Origin: a virus
Lineage: Duplodnaviria; Caudoviricetes
Virus record (IMG/VR): IMGVR_UViG_3300010167_001484
Span: 64,001-128,000 of that record
Direction: 5' to 3' (one strand)
DNA length: 64,000 bases
Positions 19,001-28,265 of the stretch are shown in pieces. Both the position numbers and the translations under genes were made by a program. Under the pieces are notes generated by a model that was not told the origin of the DNA, made no database searches, and was given only the letters and a program-made list of their open reading frames with translations. Numbering within the stretch: the first letter of the stretch is position 1; the number at the start of each line of letters is the position of its first letter.

Positions 19001-19567
19001 ACAAAAGAACTTAGTGAAACAGAAAAGATAAGAGTTATAAATAATCGTAAAAGAATTACAGAAGCATCAAGGCGCTGCGTAAATTCGATTATCCAGGGCA
19101 GTGCTGCTGATCAGTTAAAACTTGCTATGTTAGAGGTATTTAACAATCAAGAATGGAAAGATATTAGGGCAAGATTACTGATACCTGTCCATGATGAATT
19201 AATAGCAGAAGTACCTATTGAAAATTATGAACGTGGTGTAGAATTATTGAGCGGTTTGATGTTGAAGGCATCTGAGTTCTTACCATTTCCAAGTAAATGT
19301 GATGTTACAATTAGTTACCGTTGGTATGGGCAAGATTTTCCTTGTCCTTATCCTAAACCTAATTCATTAAATAATCTAACATCTGAAGAAATTCTATGGG
19401 TTCAATATTGTCTATTCGAGATAGGTTATGATGTCAAATTAGATGGGATATGGGATGAAGAATGTATAAATCATGTGAATAATTATATTATGCAACATCG
19501 TATTTCAACTGGTAATTTCATAGAACATATTTGGAACAACGTTCATCTAGGAACTACAAATAAATAA
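16076..19567 (+). CDS. polA: family A DNA polymerase with 3'-5' exonuclease and intein
   Basis: IDTETTGL exo I, YAANDA exo III, TGRMS/S.PNMQNIP, DFSAQEPR motif A, K.VLLGATYG motif B, VHDE motif C. Confidence 0.95.
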   Translation: MSLFTPKQESIINAQAVKSEQLIEPKISVNSKSIKNDLNVMSAKVIEYFQNSEAILITDEIELLNYVDKVIEVGYCGIDTETTGLDRRRDSIVGISLYYPGGKECYIPCKHMLPIFNEPRKNQMTYEQIAPYLNKLVDSKVKLIFANADFDLAMIYNSIGVDLIPAFHYDVILAWRCLKENEKRNGLKELYHKYVLKGEGDAGRFSDFFTPSLFPFCEPEVAKLYAANDAKITYELFMWQLPYITKDNPKCIKNNLQQIADLIWNIEFPLVAVCQEFHRLGIYIDKFVSTQLNRRYEPIYAEELAKLQYMVGELSSNPKYMTKSKKPWYNPSDFNPDSPKHVSYLVYDMLKLDAGKTRSTDKEILNAFKLPITNQILRCRSLNTLINTFVNKLPKEVWKDGRIHCQFNSVGASTGRMSCIGEGMMISMPGGDVPIQDVKSGSYVYTYTSDNKLTLAKVKTSWMTGIRDCVKLKWVSKYNPKSTSGELICTPDHFIKTTIGWVMAKDLTPQHRILHVHRADCKNSVRLSAYNGQGDEEEHAWIKREYLKPDNLSMNVHHEDGDRLDNDPTNLVLCTPGVHTNLHLSDGLPRNKHHIGRCGYSRDELIKMCEDVNWELWKVPHDWGTIIGWLQNYRVNYIQEYTASYSKRNHIKNRHGTYHKLARLQFNKTHVVYALELCEGNLALGGSYFGVSADKFKSACDKYELLDNHKVISIEYLEEPLNVYDLEIEGTHNFIASELCVHNSQSPNMQNIPSRNKDIRLMFRASPGYVLLSGDFSAQEPRLTAYCSNDEKMIQAFKDGKDIYGSIGAIAFGVPYEEAIEHMPDGSINSEGKNRRDSIKTVLLGATYGRSVQTIAEQLYGEDKSLTNEEMLAKGQAVFDAVMFACPALRSFMLNAQNHARKFGYVQTILGRRRHIPEMQLPEFEFRAMSGYINPDIDPMDIDTLSNINEIPDRVIESLREEFSGLRYFGQIVKRTKELSETEKIRVINNRKRITEASRRCVNSIIQGSAADQLKLAMLEVFNNQEWKDIRARLLIPVHDELIAEVPIENYERGVELLSGLMLKASEFLPFPSKCDVTISYRWYGQDFPCPYPKPNSLNNLTSEEILWVQYCLFEIGYDVKLDGIWDEECINHVNNYIMQHRISTGNFIEHIWNNVHLGTTNK
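17330..18304 (+). mobile_element. intein (325 aa) with HNH endonuclease in the DNA polymerase
   Basis: starts CIGEG, block B CTPDH, internal VHHEDGDRLDNDPTNL, ends VHN followed by Ser. Confidence 0.92.
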
Positions 19568-19582
19568 GGAGAATAAAGAATT

Positions 19583-20695
19583 ATGCGTTTCACAATTAAT
19601 ACCACCCCTTTGCAGAGTGTACTAGATCTAGTAGTAGTGTCAAACAATATCTCGAAATTCTATGCTAGAAGTACAGTATTACAGATTTCAGTTGATAAAG
19701 AAAATCAATTGAAATTCAATTCAGAAGCAGATTCGGTTATATCTGAAGCTATTATGAAAGGTCAGATTGAAGGTGTTGTTACCTCTGACTCAATAGCATT
19801 TGTGGATGCTGTATTGTTTAAACAGCTTATAGATACTTTTGATTCTACTACTGTATCTATTGAATTTAAAACAGATTACATCACAGTATATTCAGGTAGA
19901 TCAACATTTAATGTAGCTAATCTTGTAGCTGCTACTGATATGCAATTAAAATCTCCCGTAGAACCTGTGGGTGAAGAGTGTGATCTAAATAGTGATATTT
20001 GGAAACTTGTTAAAGATAAACAATTGTATGCATTATCAGATAACTTTGTTAGATTAGTGTATACATACATATATAATGGCAGTGATAAGATAATCACAGG
20101 AGATTACATTCACAGTTTGTTCACACTATCAAAAAAGGGTGGTTTGCCTTCAAATTGTTTACTTTCTACCAATATCATGAATATCATCTTAAGTGTTGAT
20201 TCTAAAAGTAAGATCTATCATGTAGGTGAATCTTTTGTGATAGTTGATGTAAATGATGCTTTCAAATTCACATCTGAGTTGAAACCTAGGTATGAATCTG
20301 ATTTAGCATTAGGTAGTTATAATTCAGATATAATAATGGATATATTTGATAATGTAGGGGCAGATGGAATAACTATACCATTAGCTAAAATCAAAGTATT
20401 GTTATCTCAAACCAATATATTGTCTGAAGGTGATGTACCGTCTATAAAATGGACATGTGCGAAAGGTAAATTGAAGCTATTATCAGATAATGTCGATGGT
20501 CAAATTGAAGGTAAATTAATCGGTAAATCGTTAAATTGGGAACTTATATTCAAACTTAAGATTATTATAGATGTTATATCTAATTTAGAAGGAGAGAATA
20601 TTAATATATATCCTACATTCCAAGAAGATGTGGTGAATGCGTTAATCTTCAAAGATGAGAGTGTGTCTGTCATTTTAGCAGGTATTCAAGAATAG
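19583..20695 (+). CDS. DNA polymerase III beta-like sliding clamp
   Basis: 370 aa, MRFTINT start, three-domain beta/alpha pattern; next to the polymerase and clamp-loader genes. Confidence 0.7.
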   Translation: MRFTINTTPLQSVLDLVVVSNNISKFYARSTVLQISVDKENQLKFNSEADSVISEAIMKGQIEGVVTSDSIAFVDAVLFKQLIDTFDSTTVSIEFKTDYITVYSGRSTFNVANLVAATDMQLKSPVEPVGEECDLNSDIWKLVKDKQLYALSDNFVRLVYTYIYNGSDKIITGDYIHSLFTLSKKGGLPSNCLLSTNIMNIILSVDSKSKIYHVGESFVIVDVNDAFKFTSELKPRYESDLALGSYNSDIIMDIFDNVGADGITIPLAKIKVLLSQTNILSEGDVPSIKWTCAKGKLKLLSDNVDGQIEGKLIGKSLNWELIFKLKIIIDVISNLEGENINIYPTFQEDVVNALIFKDESVSVILAGIQE

Positions 20696-20708
20696 TGAGC
20701 GGAGGTAA

Positions 20709-21479
20709 TTGATGGCATTTCGTCAATCTACATATAATTTAGCAAGATTCAATTCTGCGGCTAGTAGTGAATTTCTGAATTTTTATCAGAAAACTGTGAT
20801 AGATAGAATAGTGCGTGAAGGTGAAACTAAACCATCTAGATTATTATCACCATCAAGTTTTAGATGTGATCGTAGATGCTGGTTCAAGGTTCGTGGAGTT
20901 GAGCCTGATATAGTGATTAATCCTGATCCAGTCAATCAATTCAAAGCTGATATAGGTACTATATGTCATGAGATCGTTCAAAGAAATCTTGTAGAGTCAT
21001 TGAAAGTTGATTGGATAGATCCGGAGGATTATTTTAAAGAATTTCCACCTCCTTGGAAGTATAAGCTTGAACGAAATTTATTTGAATGTAGGGTTGAAGT
21101 AGAAGATCCTCCGTTTAGATTTTCGTGTGATGGTATTATACGTTGGAAAGATAAATTTTTTCTATTGGAAATAAAGACAATAGAATATTCAGCCTTTGAA
21201 AATATGTCAGATCCTAGAGGAGATCATATAGATCAAGTTCAATGTTATGCTACATTGTTAAATCTTAGTGATGTATTATTTCTTTATATAGATAGAACCT
21301 TTGGTAATACTAAGTGTTATGAAGTAGCCGTATCAGATAAAGATAAGCAGAATATACTAGATAAAGTAAATCGAATATTGTTGATGAAAGAGCAGAATCT
21401 TGCACCTTCAAGATTACCTAAAGGTGATTCTGAATGTGATTATTGTTATTATAAAAGTAAGTGTAAAAAGTATGGATAG
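20709..21479 (+). CDS. Cas4-like PD-(D/E)XK exonuclease
   Basis: SPSSFRC, GTICHE, CDGII..LEIKT, QVQCY, C-terminal CDYC...C. Confidence 0.85.
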   Translation: MMAFRQSTYNLARFNSAASSEFLNFYQKTVIDRIVREGETKPSRLLSPSSFRCDRRCWFKVRGVEPDIVINPDPVNQFKADIGTICHEIVQRNLVESLKVDWIDPEDYFKEFPPPWKYKLERNLFECRVEVEDPPFRFSCDGIIRWKDKFFLLEIKTIEYSAFENMSDPRGDHIDQVQCYATLLNLSDVLFLYIDRTFGNTKCYEVAVSDKDKQNILDKVNRILLMKEQNLAPSRLPKGDSECDYCYYKSKCKKYG

Positions 21480-21488
21480 GAGTTAACA

Positions 21489-21881
21489 ATGAAGAAAGTT
21501 TATTTAGGTGGTACTTGTAATCAAAGTAGATGGCGTGATGAATTAATTGATATGATTGATATTGATTACTATAATCCTATAGTGGACAACTGGACAGAAA
21601 GATGTCAGGAAGAAGAGATTAGACAACAACAATTATGTGATTATCTATTATATGTTATAACTCCTGAAATGACCGGTGTGTATTCTATAGCTCAAGTAGT
21701 AGATGGTAGCAATAAATCTCCAGATAAAACATTATTATGTGTAATGCCCGGATATCATGGATTATCTTTTTCAGAGAGTCAATTACGTTCGTTAAAATCT
21801 GTTGAAAAGATGGTGAAGAATAATGGTGCAAGGGTGTTTGATACGTTAGAATCAGTAGCAGCTTATTTGAATAAAGTATAG
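21489..21881 (+). CDS. nucleoside 2-deoxyribosyltransferase-like protein
   Basis: KVYLGGTCN.S.WR, YYNP.V.NW, GVYSIA motifs. Confidence 0.8.
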   Translation: MKKVYLGGTCNQSRWRDELIDMIDIDYYNPIVDNWTERCQEEEIRQQQLCDYLLYVITPEMTGVYSIAQVVDGSNKSPDKTLLCVMPGYHGLSFSESQLRSLKSVEKMVKNNGARVFDTLESVAAYLNKV

Positions 21882-21902
21882 ATTCTAGATTCGTTATAAT
21901 AT

Positions 21903-22949
21903 ATGAAGGCGGTGGAAAGTTTAGTGAATAAATCGCTCGCAGTTAAATATAGACCTACTCATTTTTCTGATATGGTTGAACAGAATTTAATAGTTACAAT
22001 ATTGGAAAATATATGTAATAATGAACTATACAATAGAAATTTTTTATTCTTAGGTTCAGCAGGTTGCGGCAAAACAACTTTGGCGCGAATCATAGGTAGA
22101 CAATTGAATGGTGGAGAAGACTATGCTATTGAAATTGATGCTGCATCTCATGGTGGTGTTGAAGATGTAAGAGATTTAGTAATACAAGCACAATCTTATC
22201 CTGTTATAGGTGATTATAAGATATTCATTGTTGACGAAGCCCACTGTGTATCTCCTGCGGGATGGTCCTCATTTTTGAAAGTTTTGGAGGAACAACCTGC
22301 TAAGAGTATTTTTGTATTCTGTACGACGAATCCAGAGAAGATACCTGCAACCATAATATCCAGAGTTCAAACATTTCAATTATCTAAGATAAGTACACAA
22401 GGAATATATGATAGATTGATTCATGTATTCAACTCTGAAATTGCTGAAGGTCGAAAACTTGAATATAAATACGATGCAGTTATGTTTATAGCTAAATTAG
22501 CTAACGGAGGACTTCGTGCAGCTTTAACTGATTGTGATAAGTGTTTAGCATTCAGCAATAAGATCAGTATGGAGAATATAACTCAAGCTTTAAATCTCCC
22601 TAATTATGATGACTATTTCTTATTATTGATGGCAATAGCGAAAAAGAATAATGTTCAAATAACTGAGATAATACATAGAGTGTATAATTCTGGTGTTAAT
22701 TTTGTCAACTGGTTTGAAAAATTTCATCAATTTGTAATCAATATTGTTAAATTCATATTTATGAAAGATATATCAGCAACTATGATACCCTCTCATTATC
22801 TAGAAAAGATTCAAAAATATAATGAATCTCATTCTATATTGTGTCTTAGACTCGCAAATAAACTTATCAAATTGAATTCAGAATTAAAATATACTACATA
22901 TCAACAAGAATTGGCGCTAACATATTTGTGTAGCATCAATAATAAGTAA
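21903..22949 (+). CDS. dnaX: clamp loader ATPase subunit (DnaX gamma-like)
   Basis: LAVKYRP, GSAGCGKTT, EIDAAS, IVDEAH, TIISR; true start may be GTG at 21924. Confidence 0.9.
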   Translation: MKAVESLVNKSLAVKYRPTHFSDMVEQNLIVTILENICNNELYNRNFLFLGSAGCGKTTLARIIGRQLNGGEDYAIEIDAASHGGVEDVRDLVIQAQSYPVIGDYKIFIVDEAHCVSPAGWSSFLKVLEEQPAKSIFVFCTTNPEKIPATIISRVQTFQLSKISTQGIYDRLIHVFNSEIAEGRKLEYKYDAVMFIAKLANGGLRAALTDCDKCLAFSNKISMENITQALNLPNYDDYFLLLMAIAKKNNVQITEIIHRVYNSGVNFVNWFEKFHQFVINIVKFIFMKDISATMIPSHYLEKIQKYNESHSILCLRLANKLIKLNSELKYTTYQQELALTYLCSINNK

Positions 22950-22980
22950 AAATTTCGTTATAGTATATGGTAGATGTAAT

Positions 22981-23235
22981 ATGGAAGGTATATGTGGTAT
23001 GGATAATATCTCCGAAGCTGTAAGGCGACTACAAGATTATATAGAAACTAATATAGGTACTTCTTTATATCGTCCTTTAGATATGGGGGATAACACATGG
23101 AGAGCATTGAAGGATTATATAAATCAATTACATTCAGAGAATGAAAATTTACGTACACAACTTGAAGATGCAAGATCTGAACTTATAAAGCACAATATAT
23201 TATCAATCAAGTCATCACCTGATGACCTAAATTAA
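22981..23235 (+). CDS. hypothetical coiled-coil protein
   Basis: ORF downstream of a TTCGTTATA motif. Confidence 0.55.
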   Translation: MEGICGMDNISEAVRRLQDYIETNIGTSLYRPLDMGDNTWRALKDYINQLHSENENLRTQLEDARSELIKHNILSIKSSPDDLN

Positions 23236-23260
23236 TAAAAACAATAAGGAGAATTGTGCA

Positions 23261-23578
23261 ATGGCTAAGAAGGGCGTAAACGTGGATAGAATTGCTGAGT
23301 TGCTAGAAGGTTGTAAATTAGAGGAGGATATGTCCTGGGATAATTTCAATAGATGGGTAGCATCTTCAATTGGTAAAGATGTAACTGTTCAAGAATTTGT
23401 CTCAGAGGTTGAGAAGTTACGTGCGGATCTTGATGAGTGGATGAAAGTTGCTTGTAGATATGCAAATGAAGTTGATCGTCTTAAGCAGGAATTATCTATT
23501 GTAAAAGGTCGATATCAACAACTTGCAGATTATAATATCGATACAATAATAGAAAGTCATAAATTTAAGAAAACTTAG
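23261..23578 (+). CDS. hypothetical coiled-coil protein
   Basis: RBS AAGGAG. Confidence 0.6.
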   Translation: MAKKGVNVDRIAELLEGCKLEEDMSWDNFNRWVASSIGKDVTVQEFVSEVEKLRADLDEWMKVACRYANEVDRLKQELSIVKGRYQQLADYNIDTIIESHKFKKT

Positions 23579-23598
23579 TTTTAAAATGTGGTGATTAT

Positions 23599-24132
23599 AT
23601 GATTGATTTAAATGAATTGAACGAAGAATTTAAAGTTGATATTGATTCTGTAACTAGTTGGTGCAACGAAATCTATTTAGATCAATTTGATGAATTCTTC
23701 GTTGATTATCGTGTGTTATTTAAGCGGTTAAAATCTAAAGAAAAATCTATAACAGATGAAGAATTAGCTCGGATATTGATAGATTTACCTATTCAATTAT
23801 TCGGTATAGCTGAAGCTTTAAATAAGTTTAAAATAAGTCAAGAAGTAGTTAAACTTAAAAATCGTCAACGTGAGTTAGAATTAATAAGGAATTCACTCAA
23901 ATCAACTGTTACAGATAGAAAACAAGATGCTACTGATAAGATGATAGAGTATAAATTACTTATCACTGCGTATTCAAGTATTATTGATAGAGTAACTAGT
24001 GAGATTAGTTTCTGTAGAGAACTTATAATGGGTGCTAAGAAGATTCATGATTCAAGATTAGCTGGAATTCGTTCTAATCCTGTATCAGAGGTAGATGAAA
24101 CTATGTTGCCGGATTATGTAGTAACTGATTAG
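23599..24132 (+). CDS. helical protein, possible recombination mediator (UvsY-like)
   Basis: all-helical 177 aa immediately upstream of recA; function inferred from position. Confidence 0.45.
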   Translation: MIDLNELNEEFKVDIDSVTSWCNEIYLDQFDEFFVDYRVLFKRLKSKEKSITDEELARILIDLPIQLFGIAEALNKFKISQEVVKLKNRQRELELIRNSLKSTVTDRKQDATDKMIEYKLLITAYSSIIDRVTSEISFCRELIMGAKKIHDSRLAGIRSNPVSEVDETMLPDYVVTD

Positions 24133-24142
24133 GAGGATTTTA

Positions 24143-25318
24143 GTGTCAAGTTATGCTGAGATTATAGAGAGAAAAAAGAAAGAATGGAATTCGGAGGGGT
24201 TAATGGATGGTGCAAGAGCTGAAAGGGGTCCAAAGATTCCTTTTAGTTCTCCTCTGATGAATTGGGCTACATACGGCGGCATACCTAGGAATAGAATATC
24301 AGAATTTATGGGGGACCCGGGGGGCGGCAAGTCGACAACGGCTGTAGATATTTGTAAAAATGCTGCTATAATATTCAAGAAAGAATTTGATGATAAAGTT
24401 AATATCGTTAGAGAAAAGATAGCTAAGAATAATAGAAAAGCTGAAGCAGAACTTGAAGATTTATTGGAACAAGGTCCCAGAAATGTTCTGTATATGGATT
24501 TAGAGAATGCATTTGATGGTCCCTGGTCTGAAACATTAGGTATAGATGCTAATAATAAGGGATTTCAGATAATGCAACCTCCTGATGTTGTTGCTGAGGA
24601 TGTATTACAAACTGTAGAAGAAATTATAAATACAGGAGAAGTTGGATTAATTGTATTAGATTCTGTACCATCGTTAGTACCTAGAGCTGAGTTAGAAAAG
24701 AAATATGGTGAAAGAACTGTTGCAGCATTAGCTGGTTTATTAACTATATTCACTCGTAAAATTGTACCTCAATTAACTCGATATAATACAACACTTTTAA
24801 TGATAAATCAAACTAGAGATAATCAAGATAATCCTTATGAAATTAAAACACCCGGAGGTAGAGCTCTCAAGTATTATTCCTCTTTACGTATATTTTTCAG
24901 AGTAGGTTATCCTGTTGATTTTCTTGGTAATGATCTTCCGATGAAAACTGATAATCCTTCTGGATATAAGATAAATGCAAAAATATTGAAGCAAAAAACA
25001 GCTCCTTGGAACAGGAAAGAGGCAACCTATTATCTGATGTGTGATAAGGGTATTGTACCTTTGTTCGATTACACTCAATTAGCTGTGAATAGGTATGGTG
25101 TGATCAAAAAACAAGGAGGTTGGTTCACAATTACTGACCCATTAACTGGTGAGATACTTGTGAATGATAAGAATCAAACAGTTAAGATGAATGGTTTAGC
25201 AAAGGTGTATCAATTTTTACAAGATACTCCTGAATATTATAAGAAATTACAATCATTTATTTTGGAAGATATTAATGGAAAACCTGGTGAAGCGGATATT
25301 GCAGAGGATTCAAATTGA
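24143..25318 (+). CDS. recA: RecA/UvsX-like recombinase
   Basis: GGIPRNRISEFMGDPGGGKST, DLENAFD, LDSVPSLVP, INQTR, TPGGRALKYYSS. Confidence 0.93.
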   Translation: MSSYAEIIERKKKEWNSEGLMDGARAERGPKIPFSSPLMNWATYGGIPRNRISEFMGDPGGGKSTTAVDICKNAAIIFKKEFDDKVNIVREKIAKNNRKAEAELEDLLEQGPRNVLYMDLENAFDGPWSETLGIDANNKGFQIMQPPDVVAEDVLQTVEEIINTGEVGLIVLDSVPSLVPRAELEKKYGERTVAALAGLLTIFTRKIVPQLTRYNTTLLMINQTRDNQDNPYEIKTPGGRALKYYSSLRIFFRVGYPVDFLGNDLPMKTDNPSGYKINAKILKQKTAPWNRKEATYYLMCDKGIVPLFDYTQLAVNRYGVIKKQGGWFTITDPLTGEILVNDKNQTVKMNGLAKVYQFLQDTPEYYKKLQSFILEDINGKPGEADIAEDSN

Positions 25319-25872
25319 TCGAAATTTGGAAAGATATAAAGGGGTATGAAGGAATATACAAGGTGTCAAATTTTGGTAGAGTAAAGAGTATTGATAGAAT
25401 TGGTTCTTATAGAAATCGCAAAGTTAAAGGATGTATAAGAAAGCTAGAAGGTAAGGATTATCTATATGTTTCTTTATGGAATAATAATATATGTAAATTA
25501 GTATTCATTCACAGACTTGTTGCTGAATATTTTGTATCTAATCCTAATAATAAACCTATACCTCACCATAAAGATTTAAATACACATAATAATCATTATA
25601 CTAATTTAGATTGGTTAACACATTCAGAGCATATAAAGCTTCATTGGAAATTAGGTTCTTATGATGCTTGTAAAGATAATATACTTATAGGTTTGAGTAA
25701 TGGTCCTATAGTTAGAAGAAAACCTGTTATATGTGTAGAAACAGGTGGTAGATATGTTAGTAGAATTGATGCTGAACGAGATTTGAATTTAGCTTCTGGA
25801 GATGTATCACAATCTGTAATATATAATGTATCTGTTAAAGGTTATACGTTTGTAGAGGATTCAGGTATATGA
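25315..25872 (+). CDS. NUMOD4-HNH homing endonuclease
   Basis: EIWKDIKGYEG.Y.VSN.GRVKS; HRLVA...HHKD.N..NN...NL.W. Confidence 0.9.
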   Translation: MIEIWKDIKGYEGIYKVSNFGRVKSIDRIGSYRNRKVKGCIRKLEGKDYLYVSLWNNNICKLVFIHRLVAEYFVSNPNNKPIPHHKDLNTHNNHYTNLDWLTHSEHIKLHWKLGSYDACKDNILIGLSNGPIVRRKPVICVETGGRYVSRIDAERDLNLASGDVSQSVIYNVSVKGYTFVEDSGI

Positions 25873-26348
25873 AGAAATCTATAAGTACACAACAGGAAAA
25901 TATGGTAGCTGATTACCTAGGTTGGAAAACTGTAGTAGCATCTGGTGCTAGAGATTTTCATAAAGGTGATGTGGTGAGCAGTGAATGGTTAGGAGAGTGT
26001 AAAACTCATATTAAGAAAGTAGATAAAATTAGTTTTTATCTTTCGGATTACTTGAAAATTTTTAACGAAGCTATGTCAAAGTTTAAGAAACCTATTCTAA
26101 TCTGCGATGATGGTACTCAAACAGTTAAGGGAACTTACGTATTAATTTCATTTAAACATGTACCTGATTGGGTGTATATGTCATTCAAATTTCATATGAT
26201 ATTTGAACCTTCAAGAACTAATATACATATTGTAGGTAAGATGAAAGATGAATTTGATGGATATATATTCACTAAATGGTCTGATTTAGGTCAAATTATA
26301 ATACTTAGATTAGAAATATTCAGAAAAATGATAGAAGGCGAGATATGA
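25869..26348 (+). CDS. Holliday junction resolvase-like PD-(D/E)XK nuclease
   Basis: QE..VA, SGA...KGDV, ECKT motifs. Confidence 0.7.
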   Translation: MKKSISTQQENMVADYLGWKTVVASGARDFHKGDVVSSEWLGECKTHIKKVDKISFYLSDYLKIFNEAMSKFKKPILICDDGTQTVKGTYVLISFKHVPDWVYMSFKFHMIFEPSRTNIHIVGKMKDEFDGYIFTKWSDLGQIIILRLEIFRKMIEGEI

Positions 26349-26578
26349 TTAAGCGACATAGACATCAATATTATGTAGTTTACAAATTTACTGTTAATGG
26401 TATTGAAGCAGGTACACGAAGTTGTATATTGTGTAGAAAACGAAAGTTAAACACTCCTGAGGATATAGAATTGGTTGAAGAATTTCTTAAATCGACAGAT
26501 AAACTTGAAAATGTTTTGATAATTTGGTGGAAGCGATTGAAACGTGAAGGATCAATATTCGAGGAATTTTCATGTTAA
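26345..26578 (+). CDS. hypothetical protein
   Basis: ORF with overlapping start/stop junctions. Confidence 0.55.
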   Translation: MIKRHRHQYYVVYKFTVNGIEAGTRSCILCRKRKLNTPEDIELVEEFLKSTDKLENVLIIWWKRLKREGSIFEEFSC

Positions 26579-27498
26579 CAATTCAAACGGCTGGACAACA
26601 GATTTTAAATAATAATCCAGGTAAATTCTATGTTTTCTGTGGTCTAGAATATGGTGTGAAGGATAGATATCTAACTGCTATAAAGAGCCATTACAATGGT
26701 GTGTATACAGAATACAGTAATTTTAAAGACGTGCGCGATTTAATGCAGGTTAAGAGTATTATTCCCTTGAAACCTCAATTATATATAATACGTTATGATG
26801 ATGAATTCTTAAATTCATTAAAGGATAGAACTGCAAGTGATATTAATAAGTTAAATATAATAGGAACAGTAGTTATTATTTATCAAGATACTAAATCTCT
26901 AACAAAGTGTGATAAATTTCTACCTGATTATACAATATCCTTTAATCTGGTTGCATCGCATTATCTAATTAAGTATCTCGTTAATGATTATCCTGATCTG
27001 GATAAGAACCTAGTTAATCTCGCAATTAAATCTAGGATAGATTATAAAGGCGCTCAAATATTGTCGAGTTTATTTAATATGATACCTAAATCTGATTTAT
27101 CTATATATGACGATTCTCAGATAGCATCTTTATTTTATTGTTCAAATGAATCGTTAGAAGATAATATTAAAATTGGATTTGCATCTCGAAATTTTCACTA
27201 TTTAATTCAAGTGATTGATGATTATCCTGGAGATTTAGATTTCATATTATATATGATGTTAAATACTTTAGTTGAATTAGATAAACTCAAAGTTAAAAAT
27301 TATATAGAATCTCCGTTGAAACCTTATTTAAATGTTTGGACTAAACAAGATATATACAACATGTATATGATTATTTATCAAACAATAGAAGATTTAAGAA
27401 GTATAACAACAGATACGTATGCTAGATTGGTTTATGTATTAGGTATTCTCCAATATAACCCTATACCTATATTAGAATTAATGGATTGGGGATTGTAA
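26572..27498 (+). CDS. clamp loader delta (HolA)-like subunit
   Basis: FYVFCGLEYGVK..Y N-terminus like HolA (Y.L.GEE); 308 aa; context. Confidence 0.6.
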   Translation: MLTIQTAGQQILNNNPGKFYVFCGLEYGVKDRYLTAIKSHYNGVYTEYSNFKDVRDLMQVKSIIPLKPQLYIIRYDDEFLNSLKDRTASDINKLNIIGTVVIIYQDTKSLTKCDKFLPDYTISFNLVASHYLIKYLVNDYPDLDKNLVNLAIKSRIDYKGAQILSSLFNMIPKSDLSIYDDSQIASLFYCSNESLEDNIKIGFASRNFHYLIQVIDDYPGDLDFILYMMLNTLVELDKLKVKNYIESPLKPYLNVWTKQDIYNMYMIIYQTIEDLRSITTDTYARLVYVLGILQYNPIPILELMDWGL

Positions 27499-27499
27499 T

Positions 27500-27724
27500 A
27501 TGTATGATGTTGTATATAGATGCTTATTATGTGATAAGAAAATACGTCTTGGTAGAGAACTAGATGTTCCGGAAAGTGAATTACCTGTGTTTTTAGGTAA
27601 GATTATTAAGAATCAATTATTTGCTGGTAATACTTATCTTCATCAAGCACCTATGCAGATACCTCATAGATGCGATGACGGTAGTGCTGGAATGGCTTGG
27701 TTTGCAGGTTTAGTTAAATTATAG
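27500..27724 (+). CDS. hypothetical Zn-binding protein
   Basis: YRCLLC...HRC.DGS.G.A.F.G. Confidence 0.6.
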   Translation: MYDVVYRCLLCDKKIRLGRELDVPESELPVFLGKIIKNQLFAGNTYLHQAPMQIPHRCDDGSAGMAWFAGLVKL

Positions 27725-27735
27725 TAAGGAGAATT

Positions 27736-28080
27736 ATGATGAGTTTAGATATTAAACATGTTACAAATGGTAAAGAAGTTGTATATGTAGTATTTAATAC
27801 AGGGATATCTCCTCCAACAATGGAAATCTATAAAGAACGTGATGATGTACCTATACAAATACGTGATTATGCAGAAGAGGGCATACCTTCATTCTATGGC
27901 CCAGATATATCACGAATTGTAGGTAGATTTAATGGTGTAGGCAATGCATTACTTGATTATTTATGGCCTAATCATCCTGATTGTAAATTGTTCGGTCGTA
28001 AGAATAATTTCTGTATAGCTGAATCTTGTATACATGCACCTGATAGTAATTGGCAGGAGTGTAAATATTTAGATGTGTAA
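27736..28080 (+). CDS. hypothetical protein
   Basis: RBS AAGGAG. Confidence 0.6.
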   Translation: MMSLDIKHVTNGKEVVYVVFNTGISPPTMEIYKERDDVPIQIRDYAEEGIPSFYGPDISRIVGRFNGVGNALLDYLWPNHPDCKLFGRKNNFCIAESCIHAPDSNWQECKYLDV

Positions 28081-28258
28081 ATTTTGTACTAGTTACACAA
28101 CCAAACATCATTCTCAGCGTAATGAAGGTCAAATGTCAATGTTTGAAGGTTGGTTAGAAGTTATAGTTTGGACTAAGGTTGCATCTTTTCCTATCAATTT
28201 CTGTCCTTTGTGTGGTGAAAAATTAGAATATGAACGAGTAGATGTAGATACTCTGTAG
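28073..28258 (+). CDS. small Zn-ribbon protein
   Basis: MCKFC...INFCPLCGEKL. Confidence 0.65.
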   Translation: MCKFCTSYTTKHHSQRNEGQMSMFEGWLEVIVWTKVASFPINFCPLCGEKLEYERVDVDTL

Positions 28259-28265
28259 GTATTGT